This document shows positions 36,533 through 51,321 of a DNA stretch of 64,000 nucleotides, in pieces (position 1 is the first letter of the stretch; each line of letters opens with the position of its first letter). The notes under the pieces are model-generated. The model did not search any database. It was given only the letters and a program-made list of their open reading frames with translations, and was not told the DNA's origin. A program made the translations under genes and the position numbers. Origin of the DNA: Guillardia theta CCMP2712 (taxonomy: Eukaryota > Protista > Cryptophyta). The stretch is taken from contig NW_005434668.1 in NCBI RefSeq assembly GCF_000315625.1, forward strand, positions 1,158,118 through 1,222,117. The letters are read 5' to 3'.

Positions 36533-36848
36533 TATTTACCAGCTCACCAGCTTTCATGTCTTCTCAAGATTCATTTCTCGTGGCTTTCAGGGTGTTTTTT
36601 CTTAGCAATTCAAGTTATATACACTCACTCTTCAGCAGTAATATCTTGTTCTCTCCTCATCATCCCCATCCCTTCTCCCCTTCTTTTCCGCCCTCCTCGC
36701 CCTGCAGTGATGAAGCATTGCACAGCAATCTCTGCTCGATGTGCCGGGTGGGGTAGTGTACCCTATCTTGCAAGGCCTGCAAAAGTTGAGAGAAATGAGG
36801 GGTAGTCTGATTATCGTAAACCAAGGGGTAGGGTGGGCACGTGCGGCA

Positions 36849-38981
36849 ATGGCGGTCGACATTGAAGATGTTGGGCTGATGATGGGGAGGGTCAGGAGAG
36901 AAGATGAGATGGAGGTGAGGAGGATGAGGCGAGAGCAAGACGCGGAGGAGAGGAGGATGACGATAGAGCAAGGCGACGAAGTCTCTCTGGGCCCATCGTC
37001 GCCTCCTTCTGTCTCCTCTAAAACCTCCACGCGGTCTGTCACTCCGACCAGGAGGTCAAGGCCGTCTAGGGAAGTGTACGCCAAGCAGAGCACAGTGTCC
37101 AAGGCAGATAGGAAGGAGTTCGGTGGTGATGGCAGCATGATTCCTGGCATGCAGCGAATCTTCCTCAAGACGCAAGGATGCGCTCACAATGTGAGTGACG
37201 GCGAGTACATGGCAGGGCTGCTCGCCTCCTACGGCTACGAGATCACGGAGACATGGTCGGAGGATGTCGATTGCTTCCTCTTCAACAGCTGTACTGTGAA
37301 GGGGCCAAGTCAAGACTCGTTTCTCAACATGGTAGCCAAGGCAAAGTCGTCTGGGGCGTCAGTGGTAGTGGCAGGTTGTGTGCCTCAAGGGGAGCCGGGA
37401 CGAGGAGAGTTTGACGACGTGAGCATCATCGGTACCCAGCAGATCCACAGAGTCGTGGAGGTCGTCGAGGAGGCGATCAAGGGAAATACAGTGAAGCTGC
37501 TCGGACAGAGGGAACGGCCTGCACTTGAGCTCCCCAAGATCAGAAGGAACGCCTTGGTTGAAATCGTACCGATTAGCATGGGATGCTTGAATCACTGTAC
37601 ATACTGCAAGACAAAGCATGCCAGAGGTGACCTGGTGTCTTACACTCCTGACTCTATCGTTTCGAGAGTCCGGACTGTGATAAGGTAGATGTTGCCATGG
37701 CCCTTCTCTCCACTTACCTCCCCTTGCCCTGCAGCGAAGGCGTGAGGGAGGTCTGGCTGTCCAGCGAGGACACAGGAGCGTACGGCAAGGACATCAACGT
37801 GTCCCTTCCGTACCTCCTTGGCGCGATCGTTGACGCCCTGCCTGATGGAGTCATGCTCCGAGTCGGAATGACAAACCCCCCACACATCTTAGAGCACAAG
37901 GAAGCGGTTGCGAGGGTGCGTGTTGGCCCTGCCATTGTTACCCACATCTTGACATGATCTATCAGGTGCTGAACCATCCCCGCGTCTTCAAGTTCCTTCA
38001 CATCCCTGTGCAGTGCGGCAGTGACAAGGTTCTCCAAGACATGAAAAGAGAGTACACAAGAAAAGATTTCGAAGTTCTGGTGGATTACCTGCTTGAGCAC
38101 GTGCCAGATATCACTATAGCAACTGACATCATCTGTGGCTTCCCGACGGAAAGTGAAGAAGATTTCCAGCATACTATGGATCTCCTCGACAAGTACAAGT
38201 TCCCCATTGTCAACATCGCTCAGTTCTACCCTCGACCCGGAACTGTTGCAGCAAAGATGCCGAAGCTGCAGAGCGGGGTAGTGAAGGACAGGTGAGATTG
38301 ACTTGCTCCTCTCCACTGCCTGATTCTCCTCTGCCGTGCCCCAGGTCGAGGCGAGTAACAGCTCACTTCGAGAGCTACCGCACGTGGGATCACCTGGTTG
38401 GGAGGAAGGAGCGCGTGTGGGTGATAGAGTACGGAAAGGACGAGAACTATGTGGTAGGACACACGGCAGGGTACACGCAAGTGCTGCTTCCTCGGGACGC
38501 GAAGCTGCTTGGTCGGTCGGTGATAGCGCAGGTGGTGAGTGCAGACAAGTGGAGTGTGAAGGGGGAGGTGGTCGAGGTCCTTGAGGAGGAGGCTCTCCCG
38601 CAGGTCAGCATCGCCCGCAAGAACATCCTGCCCAGCCCATCCGAGCTGAAGGCTCAAAAGCTTCATGTGGCTGGGAGAAACAAGGTGACCAACATCATCG
38701 ATCAAACGGCTGCACATGCAGAGCGATCGAGGCCCGGGAACTTCGGGGCGAAGAATGCCTCAGCAACTGCGTCGAAAGAAGATTTGAGGAACAGATTCTT
38801 CTCGTGGCTCCTCTTCGCGTTGCTTGTGTTATTCTTGCTCTGTGTCATAGATCCTTTCATGACCAGCTGCGTGACGGTCGGCTGTGTACTCATGACTGCT
38901 CAGCAACGCAAGAAGGAGAAATCGACGAAGAAAGAGAGCGATTGTTGTTCAGGTGGCTGTAGCGGCTGCGATTGTGGTTAG
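36849..38981 (+). CDS. CDKAL1: tRNA t6A37 methylthiotransferase CDKAL1 (UPF0004 + radical SAM + TRAM + TM)
   Basis: DIED N-terminus, TQGCAHNVSDGEYMAG, NSCTVK, GCVPQ, CLNHCTYC (CxxxCxxC), SEDTGAYG, ATDIICGFPTE and QFYPRPGT, then a C-terminal hydrophobic anchor. Confidence 0.95.
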
Positions 38982-39071
38982 AGTGTATTGATATCTGCAT
39001 GCGATGAGGCAAAAACTATTGAAATGAAGATGATCGAAAATACGAAGCGGAGATACAGAGCGATAGCTGTG

Positions 39072-41090
39072 TTAAGTGCTTCTGTTCGGCTTTCCGATGC
39101 GATACACTTGAAAGCCAAGCTGCTCAAACCGTCAACCCATAAAGGAGGGGGAAATCATAAGAGTTGTACTCGCTCCATCTCCTCCACGTCGAAGAGCCCG
39201 CGACTATCAAAGAGAAATGGCGGTTTAGCCATTGAAGCGCATGCCTACAAGAGCATCAGGGGGGGGGAGGGGGGCCGAGGGGCAGATCTCGTCAACTTCA
39301 CCAATCTCATGTCAATCTTGGCAAACTCCGGCCATTCCGTCACCAAGATCGCAGCGTGAGCGTCCTGGCATTGGTCTTCCGTCATGACATGGAGGCAGCG
39401 ATTTTTCAATACCTTGATGGCATCCTCTGCAGACCTTGCATGCGTAATTTGCAAAGGATGATAACCACTGAGATTGTTGGCAATGACCTCAACAGAAACC
39501 TTCCTCTTCGTCAATCTCCTCGTCCTGCTACACCTACTTCTCTTTCTCCTACCTGGGGATCGTAGATAGCGAGCTTCCCACCTTCATCTAACAGCGTCTT
39601 GCAGATTTCTATTGCAGGAGATTCACGGGCATCGGAGGTGTCAGACTTGTACGCGAATCCCAAGATTGCAATCTGTCAAACAAATCACACAGATCTTGAA
39701 ACAAACTCCCTGTCAACAACCTTCTTGTTTTTTATGTTCACCATAGTGTTTACGATATTGTCGCAAAAGCGTTTTTTCTGGTACTCGTTCATCTTCATCA
39801 CCTGGCTTGCCAATCAGTTGCTGGTGACAATACTTGAACAGACCATTCGCCAGTACTCCGCGATGTCCGTGAGCTGCAAACTTTCACAAAGATAAACAAG
39901 CATGGCAAGGTTGGACAAGAGTGTCGGTCCTCCGATGCCCGGACAAGATCGGAGGTACCCAGACCCGATGCGAGAATCGGAGCCAACCACCTGGAACGAA
40001 GCATTACAAGTGCAAAACATGACCGATCATTCTCACCCGCATGACTTCAGTCAGGTCAGCTCCAGTTCTCTCGCAAAGAGCAGAAACTGCGTTTGTTGAT
40101 GATATTCTTTGAGCCTTCATCGCATTCTGTGCGAGCTTTGCAAGCTCGGCAGACCACAAGTTACTGTGAACGATTCTCTCCCGCGGGATCCACTTGCTCA
40201 GCAGCTTTGTGATGGCTTCACTCGCGATCACCCCAGCTGGTGTGTCATGAGCACCGAGCAGAACTCTGGAGGGACTTTCCAGGTCGGATAGTGCTGTCCC
40301 CCCTCTGTAAAAGGAGGGGAAGCACAACACCTCGTACTTGGCAGCATCGCCAACGGCATGCAAGACTTTCCTCATGGTCTCGCCAGTGGTCACAGGAATG
40401 GTGGAACATTCCACAACAATCTTGCACTCGCCTTGAGAGTTCTCAGCAATTCTTCTCGCCATGTTCTCCCAGCCCGAGAGGTCGGCAGCACGTCCAGAAC
40501 CAACACCGCTGGTCTTCAGGGGGGTGTTGATACAGACAAAGATTGCTTGGGATAACTGGACAGTGGATTGGATGGAAGAAGTGAACTGCAGATTCTTTCC
40601 TCTCAGGCTATCGATAAGTTCTTGCATGCCTGGCTCGTAAAACGGAAGCTGTCCAGACTGGCAAGCGCACACAACCGCAGGGTTGTCATCGAAGATCATA
40701 AATTCAACATCGGGCATCCTGCCACAGACACGCTCAAAGAAGGGCCGAGAAAACAAGTTCACCTCACTTCTTCGCCATGATAGCAATCGTGCTAACACCG
40801 ACATGTCCTGCTCCCAAACATCCTACCCGCTTGATAGGCTTCTCGTGGAACAGTTTGGCAAATTCATCTGTAGCAGAACTAAAAGAATCTGAACCCATGA
40901 TGGCAAGAACGGACGATCTGAGAACATTTTCAGTTGAAAATATGGATGTTACACAGGAAGAGCTCTGTAGATTAGTTTTAACATCAATATTATGATGGGA
41001 ACTTGCACATAGGCTAACTCGTGTCTCGTTCTCGGCAATCATTCTGCCTTTCCTCCCTACAAAACTGCATTCCAGCATTCTCATTGTCAT
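39072..41090 (-). CDS. UDP-glucose 6-dehydrogenase homolog with a degenerate active site (probable pseudoenzyme)
   Basis: CLGAGHVG, LPFYEPG, CINTP, WSAELAKLAQNA..AQRISS..SALCERTGAD, LGFAYK..TSDARESPA and VTEWPEF. GGSCFQKD is replaced by GGPTLLSN. The start codon is uncertain. Confidence 0.88.
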
Positions 41091-41319
41091 TCAGACTGAT
41101 GCACACCTTTGATTGTTCTCATTCTCTCCTCTCCCATCTACTCCCTCTTCCCTCCTATTCACTCCCTTCCTGTTCATCGCCAGCGCTCCAAGTAACCACC
41201 CCTACCTGTCCCACTCTCAATACCCCTCTCTCCAACTAAGACCACCCCTATTCTCGATGATGGTATTCAACCTTAGCCCCCTACCCCCCATTTCCCCTTC
41301 TAGTTACCCATCCTACCTC

Positions 41320-41785
41320 AGATCGGTCCAGCTGATCACCCGGCGGCACCGTCATCATTCAACTCAACTGAGGTTTACTCAAAGTTAAGTTAAAAATGAG
41401 TCTACCGTACCGTACCGTCACTGACCGGGTGAGGCCCGGCAGTGTCCGGGGAGCGGCCGGGCGGCGCCGCGGGCCGCGCGCGGCCGCAGTGCCCGGGACT
41501 CGGGCCGGTCAGGGTAGAGGACCCGAGGCCCTACACCGGCACGCCCGGCTACCGGCCGCGCCGGGCACGCCGCCCGGCCCGAGGCCCTACCGTGACCGGC
41601 ACGTATGCCACCCGTGCCAGTCAGATAGCGCCGAGTTAAGACCCGGAAGTTCCGGGCCGCCCCGGGCCCGACCGGGCCGGCCGCCCCGGGCCCCCGGCCG
41701 TGCCAGCGTGCGGCACCGTGCCCCGGTGCCGCCACCGTCGTCACGGTTTACCGTGGTTGACTAAATCCTGAGATCGGATCCCCAG
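41320..41785. promoter_or_regulatory. Large GC-rich palindromic intergenic block between divergent genes
   Basis: CCGG/GGCC-rich; gcggcaccg-tgccc-cggtgccgc, cacggt-tt-accgtg, and gatcggatcc at about 41772. Confidence 0.45.
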
Positions 41786-42231
41786 TTTGTTTTTGAGTGA
41801 GGGCTGTTGATTGCAATATATTCGAATACATGAGTCTTTTTATTTCAATATTTGACCATCAAAAAATGTGCTGTCAGGAAATAATTGTCTATTTGGTACA
41901 AATTTGAGAATGTGAAGTTTGTCAAAGGGGGCGACGGCCTCTTGTATGCCTCATGCGAACATGCATCATGGCCTGAAGGAGAAATGGAGGAGGAAGAGCA
42001 AACGCCTGAGATCTAGATTCATATGCGTCGCTGATTCCATAGCATAGGTGAACACTGATCAGTCCTCTGCAAGTGCATACCCTGGTTGCGATGTATTCAG
42101 AAGGAAAATGAGATAATAACTTTCAGCCTTGACTGGCATTCAACTAACCCGAAAGTTCTCATATCATTGGAACCTTACATGTATCACAGGCATGAGCTGA
42201 AGCAAGACTCAATCTCGAAACCGTCGACGAG

Positions 42232-44065
42232 ATGAAGTGCTATTCAACATATTTCGGATGGGTTCTTGTGGCAGCGGTTCTCCATCAGATAGAATTGTGC
42301 ACAAGTTTCTCAACCTCTTTGTCAAAATGTTTTCTCTGGAGACCTACAAGTAGGCATGCAGGCATTCAAGTCAAAATGCAGCTGGTATGTGAATCATGTT
42401 CTTTCCATCTACAAACATTTGATGCTGATATGAAAAATTGTAGGAGGACGCGAATGATAAATTGAAACCACAACTTTATCAAAGAGTAAATGCAGCAGAC
42501 AAGATTTCGGATGAGATTCTATCTAAAAATGCAGACAAACAATCACTAGGAAAAACAATCGATATCTTGCTCAAAAGCGTTCAGGGCCGCCAAGAATTTC
42601 CCCTATCGGCATGAACAAAGTTTTGAACGAGAGGGGAATTTCTCAACCGGACACGATCCTTCCAGCTAATGACTCAGGAGATCACATCACAGATTGGCAG
42701 GTAAAAGCAAATATGCTTCTGTTTGCAACAGGAAGCAAAAATGACATATATCTGCAGAACTCGGTCCTGGATGCAGTCTCTGATTTCCATGCAAAGACTC
42801 GGTTTGTTGAGTTTTGCAACAGTCATTTGAGCTAAACATTTTGGCAGGGATGTTTGCAACGTGCATCCTGAGAATGCTTGCTTGCTAGATGATATGTAAA
42901 GTTACAACAATCATGAAGAACCCCCGATTATCCTGATCAAAACTTCTTTGCCCTGTAGATATGCGAATGTGGAAGAAATCTTTTATGCAGACAATGGATG
43001 GCAGTTACCGACGAATGAAATCATTGAGATTCAGGTTGAAGCTCTTCTTGATTCTAAATATTGATACTGAACATTCATATCTTTCCTTGTACCAGGCTCA
43101 AGGTGGCTTTCCAACGTACGGGGAGCTCCTTCCTTCTGGAGTTGATGCGCTCGTGCAACTGACGGGCATGGACCAACAAACGGTGATGACGTGCGGGATG
43201 GGAGGGGGAAGGAAAATGCGGTGGTTGCGTCTACTGTAATGGTTGCCATGTACTCTGAGGATTGAGACACGCGCAGGTTTTCTACGATCTTGGATCTGGA
43301 ACAGGGAAAGTTGTCCTACAGGCTCTCGTCGCTCACAGGAGCAGTTTTGGTATTGATGCACGAGCAGGTGGCTCTTTCTGCCCCTGTCAAGAAGGCTGTA
43401 GGGATAGAGCTGTCGCCAACCCGTCTCGAGTATGGGATCGAAGCATTGAAAGAAATTGAGAGCAGAGATGTGAAGCACGCACCTGTGGGATACAAAGATT
43501 ATCATTAATAAGTTGCTGATGCCATAAGTAGGTTCACTTCTTCGAGGACAACATTCAGAATCAAGTTTACAAAGTGATGCATGGCCGTTATATGATGAGA
43601 ATGAGGTCAATGCTGAGATGTTTCAGGACGCAACACATGTGTTCATGTCATCTGTTTGCTTCGGTTTGCTCCTGTTGTAACCTCACGGATGTCCTGACAA
43701 TCATACAGATGATCGACTTTTACGATGCGTTGCAAGAAATCTGGTGAAACTCCTTTCTTCTGTGCAAACATTCGTTTGTGTTACCAACTTCTTTCATAGT
43801 ACATGTCAGAGAGTTTTCAGATCCTGGTTACTCTCAGATCCCTACCACTACAACCGTGAGTGAAATCTTTGAGCATATAGCATCGGCTGATGTCCCCCAG
43901 GTACTTGACGCTCCTGGGCCGATGCAATCTTCCTTGCAGCTTTCATGGCGCTCAGGCACGCTGTTTTTCTACATTCCAGCTCATGACATCTCACTAGCCG
44001 TCGTACGTGTACGTTCGTCATGGGTTGAAGAATGTGAGGTGTGTAGCTTCAACGCAGCAGGTTGA
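42232..44065 (+). CDS. DOT1-like class I SAM-dependent methyltransferase with a probable bipartite plastid leader; many short exons
   Basis: Signal-like MKCYSTYFGWVLVAAVLHQIELCTS-F followed by an S/R-rich peptide. Core reads PTYGELLPSGV...VFYDLGSGTGKVVLQ|VALSAPVKKAVGIELSPTR...ATHVFMSSVCF. Confidence 0.75.
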
Positions 44066-44354
44066 CCTGCCTGGCCGCAGGCACCCATCGCTGCTCTCGC
44101 GCACTTCTTCTGCGACTCAGGCGTCTGCTGGCTACCCCCGTACTTCTCGAGCTAATCTAGTTCTCATCGCTCTGACGCATCACGCTTACTATCAGGCACT
44201 TGCAGGAGGATCGAGAAGTTCTGCATGTCGCAAAGATTTGAGTGCTCATCGCTTATGTTATTGTTTCAGTGCAACTTAGATTTGTGTGCTCATGTTAAAT
44301 CTTTATTCTTTCGGACCGTTTGGCTTCTATAAAACTTTACTCAAAGTATATTTT

Positions 44355-44870
44355 TACGGCTCGACCGGGCCCTCAGCCGAGCCCGACCCCGCGGCGGGCC
44401 CAGCTCGCAGCCCGGCCGGGCCGGGCGGCCAGAATCCGAATCAGGCTGGAAGCTCACTGAGAGTGACAGTGAGCCTGGCACGGAGAAAAGAAGAGCCCTC
44501 GGAGGAAGGAGCGTCGAGATACGACCCTTCCGAGGCAAGTCCTGTACTACCGGTCAGTGCTGGCCTCGGTTTCCTGCCCATGGGTGGGGTACATTGATGG
44601 AAGTTCAGGGGTAGGGGTAGCTCAACGCCTCACGATGGGTTGCAATACAGTGTCAGCATTTTGCATGGAAAAGTTGGGGTGGGGACAATCGAGGATGATT
44701 TTAATTGGGGTAGGGGTGATCACAGTTGTGTGAAAGGGTGGGGACGTTTTATGGCACATGGTGGGTGGGGGCAGAATTGGAGACGGTGGTATCTTTGGAA
44801 TTATTAGGGTAGAGTGGCTGGGGGGTCGGGGTAAGGAAGGACATGGGAGATGCACAGCAACAGGGGGAGG
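44355..44870 (+). promoter_or_regulatory. GC palindromic block followed by a GGGGT-rich tract upstream of IDH
   Basis: GC block at 44355-44575, then repeated ggggt/gggtg words at 44580-44870. This mirrors the arrangement upstream of the minus-strand GCN1 and UGDH genes. Confidence 0.4.
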
Positions 44871-45223
44871 AGAAGAGAAACGGAGGCAGTCTGGTAGATG
44901 ATTGATATCATGTTGTTGTGGTAGATATCGAACATATCTAGGTATGTACCAGCATGAGATCAATCCAGCGAGGAGAGAGACTGACTACTTGAAAAAGAAC
45001 CTAGATTTGTGACAAGGGTATTGCGAGACTAGGGGTGTAAAGTAACATCCTCGATCTGTTATTTTTGAGGATAGTTTTCAGGAATGTTTTTTTTGTTCAT
45101 TTCTCATCAATTATCAACTGATTAATTTCTTTGTTTCTATACTATTTCGTTCGCTGCCATGCTTTTCCCTTGATTTTCGCCAACCTCGTTCAGCACGAAT
45201 AATCCATAACCCTCCCAATCTGA

Positions 45224-48900
<3,677 letters not shown>

Positions 48901-48929
48901 GAAGATAGCCAACTGCGACCTGGTGCAAA

Positions 48930-51290
48930 CTACAATTCACATGTCCATAGGAAGTCTACATAAAGCTTCAAAGCTTGGTCTTTTGGCTGAACCGTCTGCC
49001 AATTCCCCTCGCAAAATATCTGATACGCATCCATACCGTACTCGCCTATCCCTGTGGGCATCATGAGTGGGGCGCGTAGACTCCGCTGACCCTTCACCAG
49101 GAAGGTCAAGGGGGGAGAGCCAGTCTCCTCGCAAGAATGCTCGACTGAAGGCAATAATGGTCCTGCATCCCCGTTACTCGGCTCCCTTCCGCCGCCTCCA
49201 TTCACCTGCTCCGGTTTTTATGCATCCCCAGCGGCTGTAAGATGGCGCCGATGGCGTGAGCATCCTATGTTGGCTGAGAACAAGAATCTAACAACATAAT
49301 CTCAACCTGACTGGCGAGAACTTCTATGGTGGGAAATCTGTTGAGAAGTTCAAAGAGAACTCGATCCACCTGTTCAACAAGTGGCAATCAATCAATGTTT
49401 TCCAATCCACAAAAAGAGCAAGTGAGCTCACGTTCCGTCGGTTTGTTCTGTTCAAGAGGATACATGATAACTGCAGGACTGCACTGAGAGGGACCAGAAC
49501 AAAATTCTTCATCCCTTACCAACAATTTCCAGGGCTCAGGCCACACGATTTCCTCAAGCAGTCCGTACTAGAACAAGTTTCAAAATGACATACGTTGCAC
49601 GGTTGACTCACAGGGCTGGGAGGAGGAAGCCATTGATGTCTCCTGTAACACCATTAGTGGACAGCACCTGGACTTGATGAGCTTGTGCTATACGATACTG
49701 CACGACGAAAGAGCGCTTGGTTCTTGCGGAAGATACCAGTCCTACCACACTGCTGCACGAGAGGTGAACAGATTTCAATCTTTCTCCCCTCCATGAAAGG
49801 ATCCTGTTCGGACAAGTTCAAGCTGATGGATCTCCTGAAATATAAGGCAGTCAACTATGAATTTCAATTCAAGGGACTACAGGAAAAATGGGCAGAAGTC
49901 GCCAGAGTCCTTTCCAATGCAGAAAAATTTGCTCTGGACAAATGCATGTGCAACACGACCACAGCTTGCCCAACGTTTCTCTGTAACAAAGAAGTGACTT
50001 CGAACTGTTTTTGACGATCTTCGTCGAGTGTGTTCTGGCATAGCTATTTGTGAGAGTGAAGTGTTTAATTCAAGCATTGCTTCTGTTGGTCAGGATCAGA
50101 ATTGTCCTATCGTCTCGTGAGTCAAGACCTGATTGCTGGGAGGCGCAGGAGTTTGACGCCTCAGCAACGGATGCAGAGATTTCTGACAAGAGATAAAAAT
50201 TCGCTTCGGAAAATGTGAAACATTGTCCTGAAAGCATGATATCAGACTTCCTGTTTCTGCCTGCTGGCAAATGCCTGATGGAGCAACGAATAGAACTTGG
50301 CTCCTGCTCGTAGGTGAGCCTCTCATAAATCATGACGGCATCACACACCCGGCTCTCTCCATCTTGGCGTACCACCCGTTGAGAAGTGACTGGCTGCCCC
50401 CTTGGGCTTCAACCCATCGTCTCAGCCTGTGCATGTCAAGAGATGAAGCATCAACAGCGCGCCCTACCTCGCAGCCTCCCTAGCAGGAGCATAATGCAGG
50501 AAGTAACATCCCTTCGCGCAGATGTGACTGGGTTTCTTGTCAGCCAAGACACTATGGTCGCCTTCATCACCGGGGTCCCATAGACTGAAGAAGTTCGCAG
50601 CCTTCCATGTCGAACTGATGCCAAGTGCGTCGTCTTGGCGAGCAGGACATGTGAGATCTTGATAGTGACTGAGCGAACAACCATGATTGGGTTGTTAGCC
50701 AAAACTCTGACAGATGATGTTTGGAAAGCATCTGGTGAAAAATTCAATTTACTCTTGATGTTTGTGGGCTGCGAGGCTATACCTGTTTCTGTCAAATACG
50801 CAATTAACTGCTATGCATGCAAGGAGGTAAAGAACTTACCACTTCAATCATCAGATACTCTCTCCTTGGTAGAGATGAGTTTTCAACGATGTATTTGAGT
50901 TGACTGGTTGAAATTCACGATCCCTTACAACGGTGTAGAGGGAGGATTCACCTATAGGTGTCTTTCTTCAGGCTGTCCAGTACTGCTTTTCTCATCTGGG
51001 GGCATAGCGCTTGCGAGTCCAAAGTCTCACTCAAACGTCAGAGTCCAAACTTTACAGCAGCGTCTTACCTTCATGTACATGTGCTTCGCTGCATTGAGCC
51101 TCCGCTCGGACTGTCGCCGCGGGATCTGCTTCATATGTTTCCACCTGAGGTTGATCAGCTGCGGAGAGAGAGTTATGGAGCCTCACAAGGCGACGAGTTG
51201 CTGCAGCTCTCTCGTCTGAGAATCCATGCCGGATGTGCTCGAACTTCCTCCTCCTGTCCCTCCCCCCCTCACCCGCCACTCCCGCGCCAT
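48930..51290 (-). CDS. MBD4: MBD4-like DNA glycosylase (HhH-GPD C-terminus, MBD-like segment)
   Basis: EEIVWPEPWKLL, SCILLNRT, and WLSPLDLPGIGEYGMDAYQIFCEGNWQTVQPKDQALKLYVDFLW. Upstream is the MBD-like LNGWYAKMERAG..VLFVAPSGQCF. The start could be 51290 or a downstream ATG. Confidence 0.8.
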
Positions 51291-51321
51291 CTAGCCCGCG
51301 CCAGGCGACACTGGGTGAGAC

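Noticed and set aside
1-38981. Apparent cluster of translation/tRNA genes (GCN1, TrmH, CLU1, CDKAL1)
   Set aside because: They are interspersed with unrelated genes, on mixed strands and destined for different compartments; there is no evidence of a functional cluster.
41396-41764. R/G/P/A-rich ORFs on both strands of the GC block
   Set aside because: Stop-codon depletion from extreme GC content; no protein-like motifs. The same applies at 5716-6471 and 44286-44597.
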